A program made the position numbers and the translations under genes. The notes under the pieces are model-generated. The model was not told where the DNA came from and ran no database searches. It saw only the letters and a program-made list of their open reading frames with translations. A stretch of 62,280 nt of DNA from Candidatus Omnitrophota bacterium (GTDB taxonomy: Bacteria; Omnitrophota; Gorgyraeia; Gygaellales; Profunditerraquicolaceae). The DNA lies in assembly GCA_043800555.1 (NCBI GenBank), contig JAZDMX010000026.1, forward strand, positions 1 to 62,280, in the 5' to 3' direction. Shown piece by piece: positions 16,495 through 25,214 of this stretch. Position 1 is the stretch's first letter; the number at the start of each line of letters is the position of its first letter.

Positions 16495-17355
16495 TCATTC
16501 TTTCCAGAACCTCCTGAACATATACCATTGCTCCGGGTAACGCCGGATATAATCCTCAAAAACCTCCTTGCACCTGGCAATAATCTCGCGTGAATCCTTT
16601 TCATTATCGCCGGTAGGAGTATATTCAATGGGTTTGTCCATCACTAAATCAAAGCTATCGTCTTTATTCCTAAGCATGAACCCCGGGATTATCCTTGCCT
16701 TGGTCTGCAATGACAAAGCTGCCGGGCCTAAAGGAAAAATAGTAGGCTTACCAAAGAAGTCTACAGTCATCCCTTTACCCACAAAATCGCGGTCTCCCAC
16801 TAACGCCAGCAATTCGTTATTCCTTAAGGCCTTTAGGCAACCTTTGGCGGCATTTCCCAAAGGAAGGACCCTTACGCCCCTGCTCTGCCTCTGCCCGTTG
16901 AAAAAAGCGTCTACTTCCTTTGATTTATGGCGCAGGGCAACGGTTATGAAAGGATACCCTAACATCGAAATTACCACTCCCCCTAATTCCCAATTTCCCA
17001 AATGCGCGGTTACTAAAATCACCCCCTGGCCAAAGGTCAGGGCGCTATCCACATAATGCATGTTCCTTAGGTGGATATTCTCTTTTATATACTTCATGTC
17101 CAGTTTATGGAAACGGAAAAAATCAACGAGGTATTTGGCAAAATTCCGGAATAGCTGTTTACGGATCACGGAGATTTCAGGGCCGGTTTTTTGCGGAAAG
17201 ATTATTTTGAGGTTCTCGGCTACCCGGCTCCGGTCGATAAAGGCAAACGCAGAATACAGGTCAGCCGCAAATACCGCTATACGGTAAGAAGACTTTATCG
17301 GCAACCTTAGGGCAAGCGACTGGGCCAGCCGGTAAAAAAAGTATTTAAGCATCAA
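16495..17355 (-). CDS. Lysophospholipid / lipid A biosynthesis acyltransferase family protein (LpxL/HtrB-like)
   Basis: 286 aa. The length and the motifs VTAHLGNWE and LVGDRD are typical of this family. It overlaps the upstream gene by 4 nt. Confidence 0.7.
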   Translation of the reverse strand: MMLKYFFYRLAQSLALRLPIKSSYRIAVFAADLYSAFAFIDRSRVAENLKIIFPQKTGPEISVIRKQLFRNFAKYLVDFFRFHKLDMKYIKENIHLRNMHYVDSALTFGQGVILVTAHLGNWELGGVVISMLGYPFITVALRHKSKEVDAFFNGQRQSRGVRVLPLGNAAKGCLKALRNNELLALVGDRDFVGKGMTVDFFGKPTIFPLGPAALSLQTKARIIPGFMLRNKDDSFDLVMDKPIEYTPTGDNEKDSREIIARCKEVFEDYIRRYPEQWYMFRRFWKE

Positions 17356-18470
17356 TTTATCTTAAGTAATAAACGGGCTATATCCATGCTGGAATTCGGC
17401 CTGCTGATTTGTTTAACGGATTCACGAAATTGATTTAGTTTATCGGGATTGCCTAAAAGTTCATCCATAACAAAATTAATCTTTCCTGGCTCCTCAACCT
17501 TAATCGCTGCCTTCTTTTGAATCAAATAAGCCGTATTGTTGGCCTCCTGGCCCGGCAAAGGCTTAACGATAATCATAGGCTTACCCTTAGCCAGGACTTC
17601 GGAAGTAGTTACCCCTCCCGGCTTACTTATCACGATATCCGCAATATACATTAATTCATTTATGCTTTGCGTATAACCAAAAACTATGATTTTCTTTTTA
17701 TATTTCTTTATCCTGCGTTTTAAGGAATTATAAAGTTTCTTATTGGTGCCGGTGACTACGATTTCCTGTACCTGCTTAACGGTTTTCTCTAAAGACTTGA
17801 CGATTGTTTTTATGGGGCCTAAGCCCTGGCCTCCCCCCATGATCAATACCGTGGGGACTCCGGGGGAAAGTTTGTATTTACGGAAAATGGCATTTCTATC
17901 CAGGGGCTCGTTGAATTTCGGGTCAAACGGGATGCCCAGCGACTTTACCTTTTCAACAGGCACGCCTTTATTAATCAAGCGCTGGCTTACGTCCTCGGTT
18001 GGAGTAATGTAGCAATCTACGGAGTCATAAACCCAGTAGGAATGCGGCACGTAATCAGTCAACACCGCTACCAGAGGAAGATCCAATCCGTATTTGTTCT
18101 TGTAATAGGCAACCATCCCGCAAGGAAACGCCTGGGTGCAAACAACCAAATCCGGCTTGAACCTTTCAAAAAGAATTTTTAGTTTTGGGGTATTTCTCTT
18201 ATGGACATCCTGCTTTGCCTTCTCAATGCGCTTTACGATTTTAGGGTTATCATAAAGGTAATCCCAAATACCCGGCGCAACTTTAATTATCCCCATATAA
18301 ATACTATTGACTATTTTCTCGGCTATCGGGTTCGTATAATTAAAAGCGTTGATGCTTAATATCTCCGTTTGCGGCTCAAGGATCCTAAGGGCTTTTTCAA
18401 TAGCCATGGCGGCGTTGCGATGCCCGGAAACCTCTGAAATATACATTAAGACTATGCGCTTAGGATACAT
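17352..18470 (-). CDS. MGDG-synthase-like (GT28) diacylglycerol glycosyltransferase
   Basis: 372 aa. The N-terminus ISEVSGHRNAAMAIEKAL and the C-terminal GG.GLG and KPGG.T.SE motifs are typical of UgtP/MGDG synthase family enzymes. Confidence 0.7.
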   Translation of the reverse strand: MYPKRIVLMYISEVSGHRNAAMAIEKALRILEPQTEILSINAFNYTNPIAEKIVNSIYMGIIKVAPGIWDYLYDNPKIVKRIEKAKQDVHKRNTPKLKILFERFKPDLVVCTQAFPCGMVAYYKNKYGLDLPLVAVLTDYVPHSYWVYDSVDCYITPTEDVSQRLINKGVPVEKVKSLGIPFDPKFNEPLDRNAIFRKYKLSPGVPTVLIMGGGQGLGPIKTIVKSLEKTVKQVQEIVVTGTNKKLYNSLKRRIKKYKKKIIVFGYTQSINELMYIADIVISKPGGVTTSEVLAKGKPMIIVKPLPGQEANNTAYLIQKKAAIKVEEPGKINFVMDELLGNPDKLNQFRESVKQISRPNSSMDIARLLLKIN

Positions 18471-18476
18471 ATATTT

Positions 18477-19643
18477 TCAGAATTTTCCTTCTTGGCATAA
18501 TTCCAGGAAGGCCTCGGTTACGCGGGAATTAAACTGCAGATCGCTCAACTTCCTGATCTCTTTTATAGCGTCATCCTTGTATAAGGCTTGCCGGTAGGGC
18601 CTGTCCGAAGTCATAGCATCGTAAGAGTCAGCCACCGATATTATGGAAGCAACCAAAGGAATCTCCTCGCCTTTTAAGCCATCGGGGTAACCCCGGCCAT
18701 CCGGCCTTTCGTGATGGCACTTTATGCCGGCCAAGGAATGCTCAAGCTCTTTAATCGGCTTAAGAATGGCCACTCCTATCATGGGATGCTCTTTAATCTT
18801 GTTCCTTTCGCCGATAGTTAAACTCCCCCTCTTATTCAGTATCTGTTCGGGGACGCCGATTTTCCCCACATCGTGGAGAAGGCTGGCTATGTGCAAATTC
18901 TCGATGAATTTCGCATCTACGGCTTTCTTGTCCTTCTGCGAAAGCCGCTTGGCGATTTCAATGCTTAAATTGGTAACCCGCGTTGTATGGCTATGCGTAT
19001 AATTATCTTTGGCTTCTATGGCAGCAACAAGCGCTATGGTAGTCCGTATAAAAAGCTGGTGCTTCTTATTCAACTCGGATTTTAACTCTTTAAAAAGATA
19101 GGCGTTCCTTATGGCCATAGACATATTCGAAGCCAAAGCCGTAAAGAAATCCAGTTCTCCGGAAGAAAATTTACTTCCGTCTTTCTTCCTGCCCAGCAAT
19201 AATACGCCCAACAGTTCGTCGCGGTAATAGCTAGGCACGCAGGTAACGGTCTCCAATAAGCCCATTTGGTATAAAACATCCCCCATAAGGAGTTTTAACC
19301 GTTCTTTGACATCCGCGCGCTTCATCGCGCCTTGAGCATTTTCTAAAGTCAGGGCTTCACCGTTAAACAAAAACCGGTTATTGCGCTCCCTGAAAAAACG
19401 GATAAGCGAATCATCCTTATCAAAACAAGCTAGGCCCACCGGGATCTTTTTCGCCAAAGAACCTCCGGAAACAGTAAGCACATACGCCTGCCTTTCAGGC
19501 TTAAAGAGTAAAATGCTCGCATGCGCCACTTTTACCTTATCGACTACCATACGCACGATCATCTTAATAAGCGAACCCGGATCGTGGGCAAAAATCATGT
19601 TTCGCGCAGCAGTTTCCAGCTCTTTTTTAAAGTCTATGGCCAT
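18477..19643 (-). CDS. GAF-domain HD-GYP phosphohydrolase (probable c-di-GMP phosphodiesterase)
   Basis: 388 aa with the HD motif LLHDVGKIGVP and HHERPDGRGYPDGL (GYP). The N-terminal ~180 aa are GAF-like. Confidence 0.85.
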   Translation of the reverse strand: MAIDFKKELETAARNMIFAHDPGSLIKMIVRMVVDKVKVAHASILLFKPERQAYVLTVSGGSLAKKIPVGLACFDKDDSLIRFFRERNNRFLFNGEALTLENAQGAMKRADVKERLKLLMGDVLYQMGLLETVTCVPSYYRDELLGVLLLGRKKDGSKFSSGELDFFTALASNMSMAIRNAYLFKELKSELNKKHQLFIRTTIALVAAIEAKDNYTHSHTTRVTNLSIEIAKRLSQKDKKAVDAKFIENLHIASLLHDVGKIGVPEQILNKRGSLTIGERNKIKEHPMIGVAILKPIKELEHSLAGIKCHHERPDGRGYPDGLKGEEIPLVASIISVADSYDAMTSDRPYRQALYKDDAIKEIRKLSDLQFNSRVTEAFLELCQEGKF

Positions 19644-19719
19644 TTATATAATCGGTTAATGCAAAAGGCTTAAAGGCTTGAATTTTACGCCAGCCTCTTT
19701 GCGCGTGGTTATTAAACCC

Positions 19720-19956
19720 CTAGCCCTCCTGAATTACGCCTAAAACTTCCCCTGCCTTAACCGCAACGCCCTCAGGGGCTAAAATCTCAACAAGGACCCC
19801 GGAACAAGGGCTCGGCAAATTAAACGTGGCCTTATCCGTAACAAATTCTATTAAATCGTCTTTTGCGCTTACTTTCTCTCCGGCCTTAAAATACCAATAA
19901 GAAACCGTTGCTTTCTCTATGCCTTCAGTTAATTCCGGTAAAACAATTTTTACCAT
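19720..19956 (-). CDS. Stand-alone lipoyl/biotinyl attachment domain protein (lipoyl type)
   Basis: 78 aa. The central motif EFVTDKATFNLPSP is E2-like, with DKA rather than the biotinyl MKM. It has the flattened beta-barrel pattern G..V..G..L at the C-terminus. Confidence 0.75.
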   Translation of the reverse strand: MVKIVLPELTEGIEKATVSYWYFKAGEKVSAKDDLIEFVTDKATFNLPSPCSGVLVEILAPEGVAVKAGEVLGVIQEG

Positions 19957-19971
19957 AAACAGCCCCTTTTC

Positions 19972-20388
19972 TTAGAATATAATTATGCCCTTGGAATCCA
20001 TCTCTTTAATCTCCGCCTTTGTCGGGTCTTTTTTTATGCTCACTCCAGGGTTCAAACCCGAAGCAGGGCGGCTTTGCTTTATTCCCGCAGAAACCCCTTC
20101 TTCCTGAGGCGCAAAAACAACTTTTTCCTTATTTAGCCCTGAAGACGGTTTAGTTATCCCGGAAGCAGCTTCCGTAACAATTAAAATTGCCGGTTTTTCC
20201 GCCGGGGAATCCTGCGCTTGAGGCGCTAAGACAGGAATGCTTCTTTTCATCCCGGGTTGTTTAGTGGTTTCAACAACTTCATTAACCGCATCAGAAGCTT
20301 CTTTAAGCTGCCTGTTGATAATAAAGAAAGTCAAAAATACAACAGACGCGGCAAAAAACCAGAAAATTATTTTCCCTTTAACTGCCAT
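19972..20388 (-). CDS. Hypothetical single-pass membrane protein with a low-complexity tail
   Basis: 138 aa. The N-terminal helix is IIFWFFAASVVFLTFFII and the rest is rich in P, S, A and K. It is tightly packed between the PilX-like gene and the lipoyl protein gene. Confidence 0.5.
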   Translation of the reverse strand: MAVKGKIIFWFFAASVVFLTFFIINRQLKEASDAVNEVVETTKQPGMKRSIPVLAPQAQDSPAEKPAILIVTEAASGITKPSSGLNKEKVVFAPQEEGVSAGIKQSRPASGLNPGVSIKKDPTKAEIKEMDSKGIIIF

Positions 20389-20391
20389 AAC

Positions 20392-21711
20392 TTAAGCCTC
20401 CTCCCACGACAAAGTTATATAATCTCCGGTAGTGGGATAAAACGGGGGCGGCGTAGTAAGCATCCTGGAATCATACTTATAATTTTTAGAGTAACCGGTT
20501 AATTTCTGGCCGGTAATCCCGTTAAAAGTCCCCACTGGCCCGCGCTGGTCCTGAATAATCCCCCCATAAACAGTTAAAGTCCCCTTTGCCGAGCCTGTCC
20601 ACCAATTCTCAAGCATAAAGGAAGTGCTTAAAGCCATTACCGAAGCATCAATCTCAAGGTTATAAGGAGCGCTGCCGGAAACAACTACATCGCTTTCAGA
20701 AATAAGCCCCAGCATATCCCCGGAAGAAGGATTCAGGCGGGGGTCATTGGCGTAAAGGAGATTGCCGGAGATTATTATATCCTGGCTTGAGCCGGCAGTA
20801 AGCCTTCCGCTTAGGGTCCCGGAAATAGTCAAATTTCCGCTATCTACAAAAAGCGCGCCGTTTGACGGAAGAGGCTGGCTTGTCAGGGTACAGCAACTAT
20901 TGCATTTTCCCGTGCAATGAGCGTTATAATAACCGGTATTAGTAATATTCATAGTGCCTTCGGAATTCAAGGCAATAGTTGTATTGCCGGTTAAGCTCAA
21001 CCCGCCGCTTAATGCAGAAGCGCTGCGCAAATAGGTTGCCTTCATAGGCATATTAATAGAATCAACCCCAAGATTCAGGCCGGCGTTAAAAGCCGGCGTA
21101 TCATACGGAGGATTGCTAGCGTTGCTGGATGTAATATTCCTGCCGTTGTTATAATAATTAATTTTGTCGCTGACGGATTCTACAACGCCGTCAAAAACCG
21201 GGCCCGGATTATTGCCGGCTATATTCAATTGGTCATTGGTATGCGTCGGCCCATCCAAATGGTCCTGGTTCCAAAACCAGACATTTGTATTAGCGTAGTT
21301 CTCCCCGTCGGTAAACCAAATATAGCGGGCATAATTATCAACCTGAAGCATATTAACCAGCGTTTGGGCCGTCAGGTTTGCGGTAGTGCCTACGGAAACG
21401 ACCTTATACCTGCGCATAGTCCCATACAAACCCAAGTCGGCGATCGTAACGCTATAAGTGCCGACCGGTGAAAGCCCCCCGGAAAAGTTGCCTGCCGAGC
21501 CACCCCTTAACCGGTCCAGGGCTTTATCAAGCCCTGCTTCAGCAAGGTTAAAAGCCTGCGTCTTGACCTTAAAAAGGCTGGCGGCCTTATTTTGGCCGAT
21601 ACTGGCATTGACAAAAGTAACCGCAAAAACAATCAACACCGCTATTACAAGATAGGCCGCGATAAGAGCGATTCCTTTCTGGCTATCCTTCAAACTAATC
21701 ACCCCTCTCAT
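20392..21711 (-). CDS. PilX/GspK-like minor (pseudo)pilin with a large Gly/Asn/Ser/Thr-rich C-terminal domain
   Basis: 439 aa. The N-terminus KGIALIAAYLVIAVLIVF lacks the G-F-T-x-x-E processing motif, as is typical of PilX/GspK. The C-terminus holds repetitive G/N/S/T-rich segments and a Cys cluster, HCTGKCNSCC. Confidence 0.6.
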   Translation of the reverse strand: MRGVISLKDSQKGIALIAAYLVIAVLIVFAVTFVNASIGQNKAASLFKVKTQAFNLAEAGLDKALDRLRGGSAGNFSGGLSPVGTYSVTIADLGLYGTMRRYKVVSVGTTANLTAQTLVNMLQVDNYARYIWFTDGENYANTNVWFWNQDHLDGPTHTNDQLNIAGNNPGPVFDGVVESVSDKINYYNNGRNITSSNASNPPYDTPAFNAGLNLGVDSINMPMKATYLRSASALSGGLSLTGNTTIALNSEGTMNITNTGYYNAHCTGKCNSCCTLTSQPLPSNGALFVDSGNLTISGTLSGRLTAGSSQDIIISGNLLYANDPRLNPSSGDMLGLISESDVVVSGSAPYNLEIDASVMALSTSFMLENWWTGSAKGTLTVYGGIIQDQRGPVGTFNGITGQKLTGYSKNYKYDSRMLTTPPPFYPTTGDYITLSWEEA

Positions 21712-21712
21712 A

Positions 21713-22279
21713 TTAATTCCTTAATTTGACTATGATCTGATCGGCATCCCGGAGCGTTACGCCGGTATTGGAAACCCTGCTGGCTGTAAGATCAATCTGG
21801 AGGACCTCGCTCAATATCCGGGTGAATGCCAAAGAGCTTATATTATTGGCGATTATGGAAGTTACGCCGCCATATTCACGTAAAACCTGGCCTGATGAAT
21901 TTAAAGAATAATTAATTTCCGGCGACCAGTCAATGTTGCCGGAGGCATCCACTACGTAACCGTCTCCATCTGGATCCTGGGGGATCCTGAAGCTAATTGA
22001 ACCGGCGGAGCTATTCAACGTCAAATCTATTTTTGCTGCGCTTGTCTGTTTGAGTTCTTGAGACATAAACATCAGCGCCCGGGCAATCTCCTGCCTAAGC
22101 TGTATGCCGGTATCGGCATTTGTCCAAGAACTTTGCCCCAAATTCAAAACAAGGAAAAGGGCCGTCACTAGGACCGCCAAGATGACGCTTGTGACCAAAA
22201 CTTCTACCAGGGTAAAGCCCGCCGCAGAATTTCTTTTGGCTGCCCTGGCGGCTTCCTGTAACCGGATAAAGCCACGCAT
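21713..22279 (-). CDS. Prepilin-type N-terminal cleavage/methylation domain protein (PilW/GspJ-like minor pilin)
   Basis: 188 aa with the class III signal ...NSAAG/FTLVEVLVTSVILAVL and Glu at +5. Confidence 0.7.
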   Translation of the reverse strand: MRGFIRLQEAARAAKRNSAAGFTLVEVLVTSVILAVLVTALFLVLNLGQSSWTNADTGIQLRQEIARALMFMSQELKQTSAAKIDLTLNSSAGSISFRIPQDPDGDGYVVDASGNIDWSPEINYSLNSSGQVLREYGGVTSIIANNISSLAFTRILSEVLQIDLTASRVSNTGVTLRDADQIIVKLRN

Positions 22280-22282
22280 AGT

Positions 22283-22807
22283 TTACCTGCTTGATACCAG
22301 AGTAATTAACTCCACCGGAGAATCTATTAAACCGTTTCCATTGGCGTCCTCCCCCGGGTCCAGTATGCCGTTTAAATCCGTATCTTCTCCGATTATCTTA
22401 CCGGCCTGTTTCCAGCATACGCTTACCGTAACTTTCAATAAATCCCCATCGGAGAAATCGATATATACGGCCATCTTGTTATCCGGAGGCATACTGGAGG
22501 TAGGAACGGTAAATTTCCAGCAATAGATATTGCTGCTTACCAAAGACGAGCTGTAATTAACCCCGTTTACCAAAAAAACCATGCCGGGAGTAACCTGCGT
22601 AAACGGCTTAGCCCGCAGCTGCTCAATGACCCCTTGAGCGCAGGAAGTGGCTATATTCATATTTTTCGATATCCCGGATAAATTAAAACAAGCCAAATAT
22701 GTGGCAAGGATACCGCAAAGAGCAAAGGCAAGGATGGCTACGGCAAGAAGCACCTCGGCTATGGTAAAACCCTTTTTGGATAAACGCTTTTTGGCTTGCG
22801 GTTTCAT
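22283..22807 (-). CDS. Prepilin-type N-terminal cleavage/methylation domain protein (PilV/GspI-like minor pilin)
   Basis: The class III signal is MKPQAKKRLSKKG/FTIAEVLLAVAILAF. The start is set at the ATG at 22807. The track ORF extends to a TTG at 22867, which would give an atypically long leader. Confidence 0.65.
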   Translation of the reverse strand: MKPQAKKRLSKKGFTIAEVLLAVAILAFALCGILATYLACFNLSGISKNMNIATSCAQGVIEQLRAKPFTQVTPGMVFLVNGVNYSSSLVSSNIYCWKFTVPTSSMPPDNKMAVYIDFSDGDLLKVTVSVCWKQAGKIIGEDTDLNGILDPGEDANGNGLIDSPVELITLVSSR

Positions 22808-22814
22808 AGGCACC

Positions 22815-22843
22815 ATTATATCCATACCGCAAGGCCTAATCAA
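22815..22843 (-). promoter_or_regulatory. Sigma70-type promoter TTGATT, 17-nt spacer, TATAAT, ending 7 nt before the pilV-like ATG (possible leaderless transcript)
   Basis: Hexamers and spacing were read on the minus strand. No Shine-Dalgarno fits between the -10 element and the ATG. Confidence 0.45.
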
Positions 22844-22878
22844 GGAAAAATTGTAAAAAAGGAGCAAGTAAACGCCGG

Positions 22879-24171
22879 TTAATTTAGCGCTTCGGATATG
22901 GATTCTGAAAGAGTTGGGTGGGCGAATAAGGTGCTGCGCAAATCATTAACATTAAGAGATCTGGATACGGCTAAAGTCAGGATACCGATTAATTCGGTCG
23001 CTTTTGGGCCGATGATAGAAGCCCCCAGGATTATGCCGGATTTTCTCTCCGCTACTATCTTTATAAAGCCATCTGTTTCCTCCAAGATCCGGGCCATGCC
23101 TGAACCAAGAAAATCAAATTTATGGATATCTACGGGCATGCCCCGGGCAATCGCTTTTTCTTCGCTTAATCCGATGGAGCCGATTTCGGGATCCGTAAAA
23201 ATACAGCTTGGGACAGGAACCGAAAATGCGTTTGTCCGGTTAGCGTATTCGCATAAATTCCTTACCGCGAGCCTGCCTTGATAACCGGCGAAATGGGCAA
23301 GCATAACCCCGGAAACGCAGTCGCCGGCGGCGTAAACATTATTCAAGTTTGTGCAAAGATAATCGTCGACGGCAATTTTACCATTTTCTACTTTTATCCC
23401 TATATTATCCAAACCCAAACCTTCTATCTGAAAGGCCCTTCCAACGCAAACCAATACGGTATCGAACGCATCGAGGCTGGCCCCTGAAGCGTCGGTATCA
23501 GTATTTACCTTGATACCTTTCTTCTTGAAATTATTTTCTATCTTTCTGGCCACTTCCGCGTCTTCTCCCGGCAAAAGCCGGGGCGCCTTCTCAACCAGGG
23601 TTACCTTTGAGCCAAGGGCAGAAAATAAACCGGCAAATTCGCACCCGATGACTCCGCCGCCAATAATTAAAAGCGAGGACGGGACACTTTTCAGGGAAAG
23701 AATTTCATTGCTGGAGAGTATTTTCTTGGCGTCAAACTTTAAATTCGGAAGTTCATAAGGCCGGGAGCCGGAAGCGATAAGAATATTCCTGGCTTGGATC
23801 GTATTATTGCCGGAAACCTTAAGCTCTTGGCTGGAGACCAGTTGCGCCTGGCCCGTCAAAAAATCAATGCCCTTTAACATGGCGCGCATACCAACCCTAA
23901 GCTGCCGGATTATTTTATCTTTCCTTTCCTGCATCGCTGGAAAGTCTATGGAAGGAACACAAGAATTGACGCCATAGGCAGATGACTTTTTTACCAGGTT
24001 AAAGGCTTTGGCGCCCTGGATGAGCGCCTTTGTGGGTATGCAACCTAAATTCAAGCAGGTGCCGCCGATCTCGGACTTATCAATGATAACCGCCTTAAGG
24101 CCCAATTTTCTTGCTTGGAGCCCCGCGTTAAAACCAGCCCAGCCTGCACCGATTATCGCTAAATCATACAT
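22879..24171 (-). CDS. lpd: Dihydrolipoyl dehydrogenase family flavoprotein disulfide reductase
   Basis: 430 aa. It has the FAD fold IIGAGWAGF, the redox disulfide GGTCLNLGCIPTK, and the C-terminal interface motif FAHPTLSES. Confidence 0.8.
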   Translation of the reverse strand: MYDLAIIGAGWAGFNAGLQARKLGLKAVIIDKSEIGGTCLNLGCIPTKALIQGAKAFNLVKKSSAYGVNSCVPSIDFPAMQERKDKIIRQLRVGMRAMLKGIDFLTGQAQLVSSQELKVSGNNTIQARNILIASGSRPYELPNLKFDAKKILSSNEILSLKSVPSSLLIIGGGVIGCEFAGLFSALGSKVTLVEKAPRLLPGEDAEVARKIENNFKKKGIKVNTDTDASGASLDAFDTVLVCVGRAFQIEGLGLDNIGIKVENGKIAVDDYLCTNLNNVYAAGDCVSGVMLAHFAGYQGRLAVRNLCEYANRTNAFSVPVPSCIFTDPEIGSIGLSEEKAIARGMPVDIHKFDFLGSGMARILEETDGFIKIVAERKSGIILGASIIGPKATELIGILTLAVSRSLNVNDLRSTLFAHPTLSESISEALN

Positions 24172-24225
24172 AATACTTTATGCCCTCGGATGCTTGCGGC
24201 ATCCAGAAAGGCGTAAGTCAGACAA

Positions 24226-25146
24226 TTAAAAAACAAACTGTTTCAATAAATTTTGGATGGCGCCGGCCGAATTCAGCAACTCTTGCATTTCGCTATCGCT
24301 TAATTCCAATTCAATTATCTCCTCAATTCCGTCCTTGCCTAAGCGAACCGGAACGCCTATACAAATGTCTTGAATCCCGTACTCTCCGCATAAGTAAACG
24401 CAAGCCCCTAGTATCTTTTTTTCATCCCGGGCTATGGCTTTAACCAATTCAGCTACCGCGGCGGAAGGGGCAAAAAACGCGCTTGCGCTTCCCAGGCATG
24501 AGACTATTTCGGCGCCGCGGTTAAGCGTCTTTTTTACGAGATTATCGATTTTATCCCGGCTTAAGAGCTCTCCGAGGCTTACCCCCTTTACCTTAGTGTG
24601 CCTTGGCAAAGGGATCATCCCCTGGCCATGGGCGCCGATTACAACCGGTTCTATATCCGCAGGGCTCAAATTCAACTCTTGCGAAATGAGATTAGCGAAC
24701 CTGGAGGCGTCTAAACTGACCCCCATTCCTATGATCTTATTCTTAGGGAAACCGGTAACCTTTAAAGCAAGATACGCCATAAGATCAAGCGGATTTGTAA
24801 CCACTACCACAATGGACTCCGGGGCCAATTTTTTGACACTCAAGCATATTTCTTTTAAGATCGAGGCGTTTTTTGCCAGAAGTTCTTCGCGGGACTGCCC
24901 GGGCCTGCGCGCAAGCCCGGCAGTAATGACCACAATGTCAGAGCTTTCAATGCAATTTATATCAGTAGAACCTTCTAAGGCGTAATTAATTTTCAAAATC
25001 GAGCGGGCATCATCTAAGTCTAAAGCCTTGCCTTGAGCAATGCCTTTGGCGATATCAACCAAAACAACATTGCCTAGCCTAAGCTCTGCTATGCGCATAG
25101 CGCTTAAGGCCCCGACATTTCCCGCTCCGATAATGCTTATTTTCAT
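24226..25146 (-). CDS. mdh: Malate dehydrogenase (LDH-like family)
   Basis: 306 aa with IIGAGNVG. AGLARRPGQSREEL has Arg at the substrate-discriminating position. GAHG is present. Confidence 0.8.
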   Translation of the reverse strand: MKISIIGAGNVGALSAMRIAELRLGNVVLVDIAKGIAQGKALDLDDARSILKINYALEGSTDINCIESSDIVVITAGLARRPGQSREELLAKNASILKEICLSVKKLAPESIVVVVTNPLDLMAYLALKVTGFPKNKIIGMGVSLDASRFANLISQELNLSPADIEPVVIGAHGQGMIPLPRHTKVKGVSLGELLSRDKIDNLVKKTLNRGAEIVSCLGSASAFFAPSAAVAELVKAIARDEKKILGACVYLCGEYGIQDICIGVPVRLGKDGIEEIIELELSDSEMQELLNSAGAIQNLLKQFVF

Positions 25147-25214
25147 CCGTATTATTCCTTTAGGAAGACGATTTGATCGCGCAGGTTAAAACTAAACCCG
25201 CTTGATCTATATAA

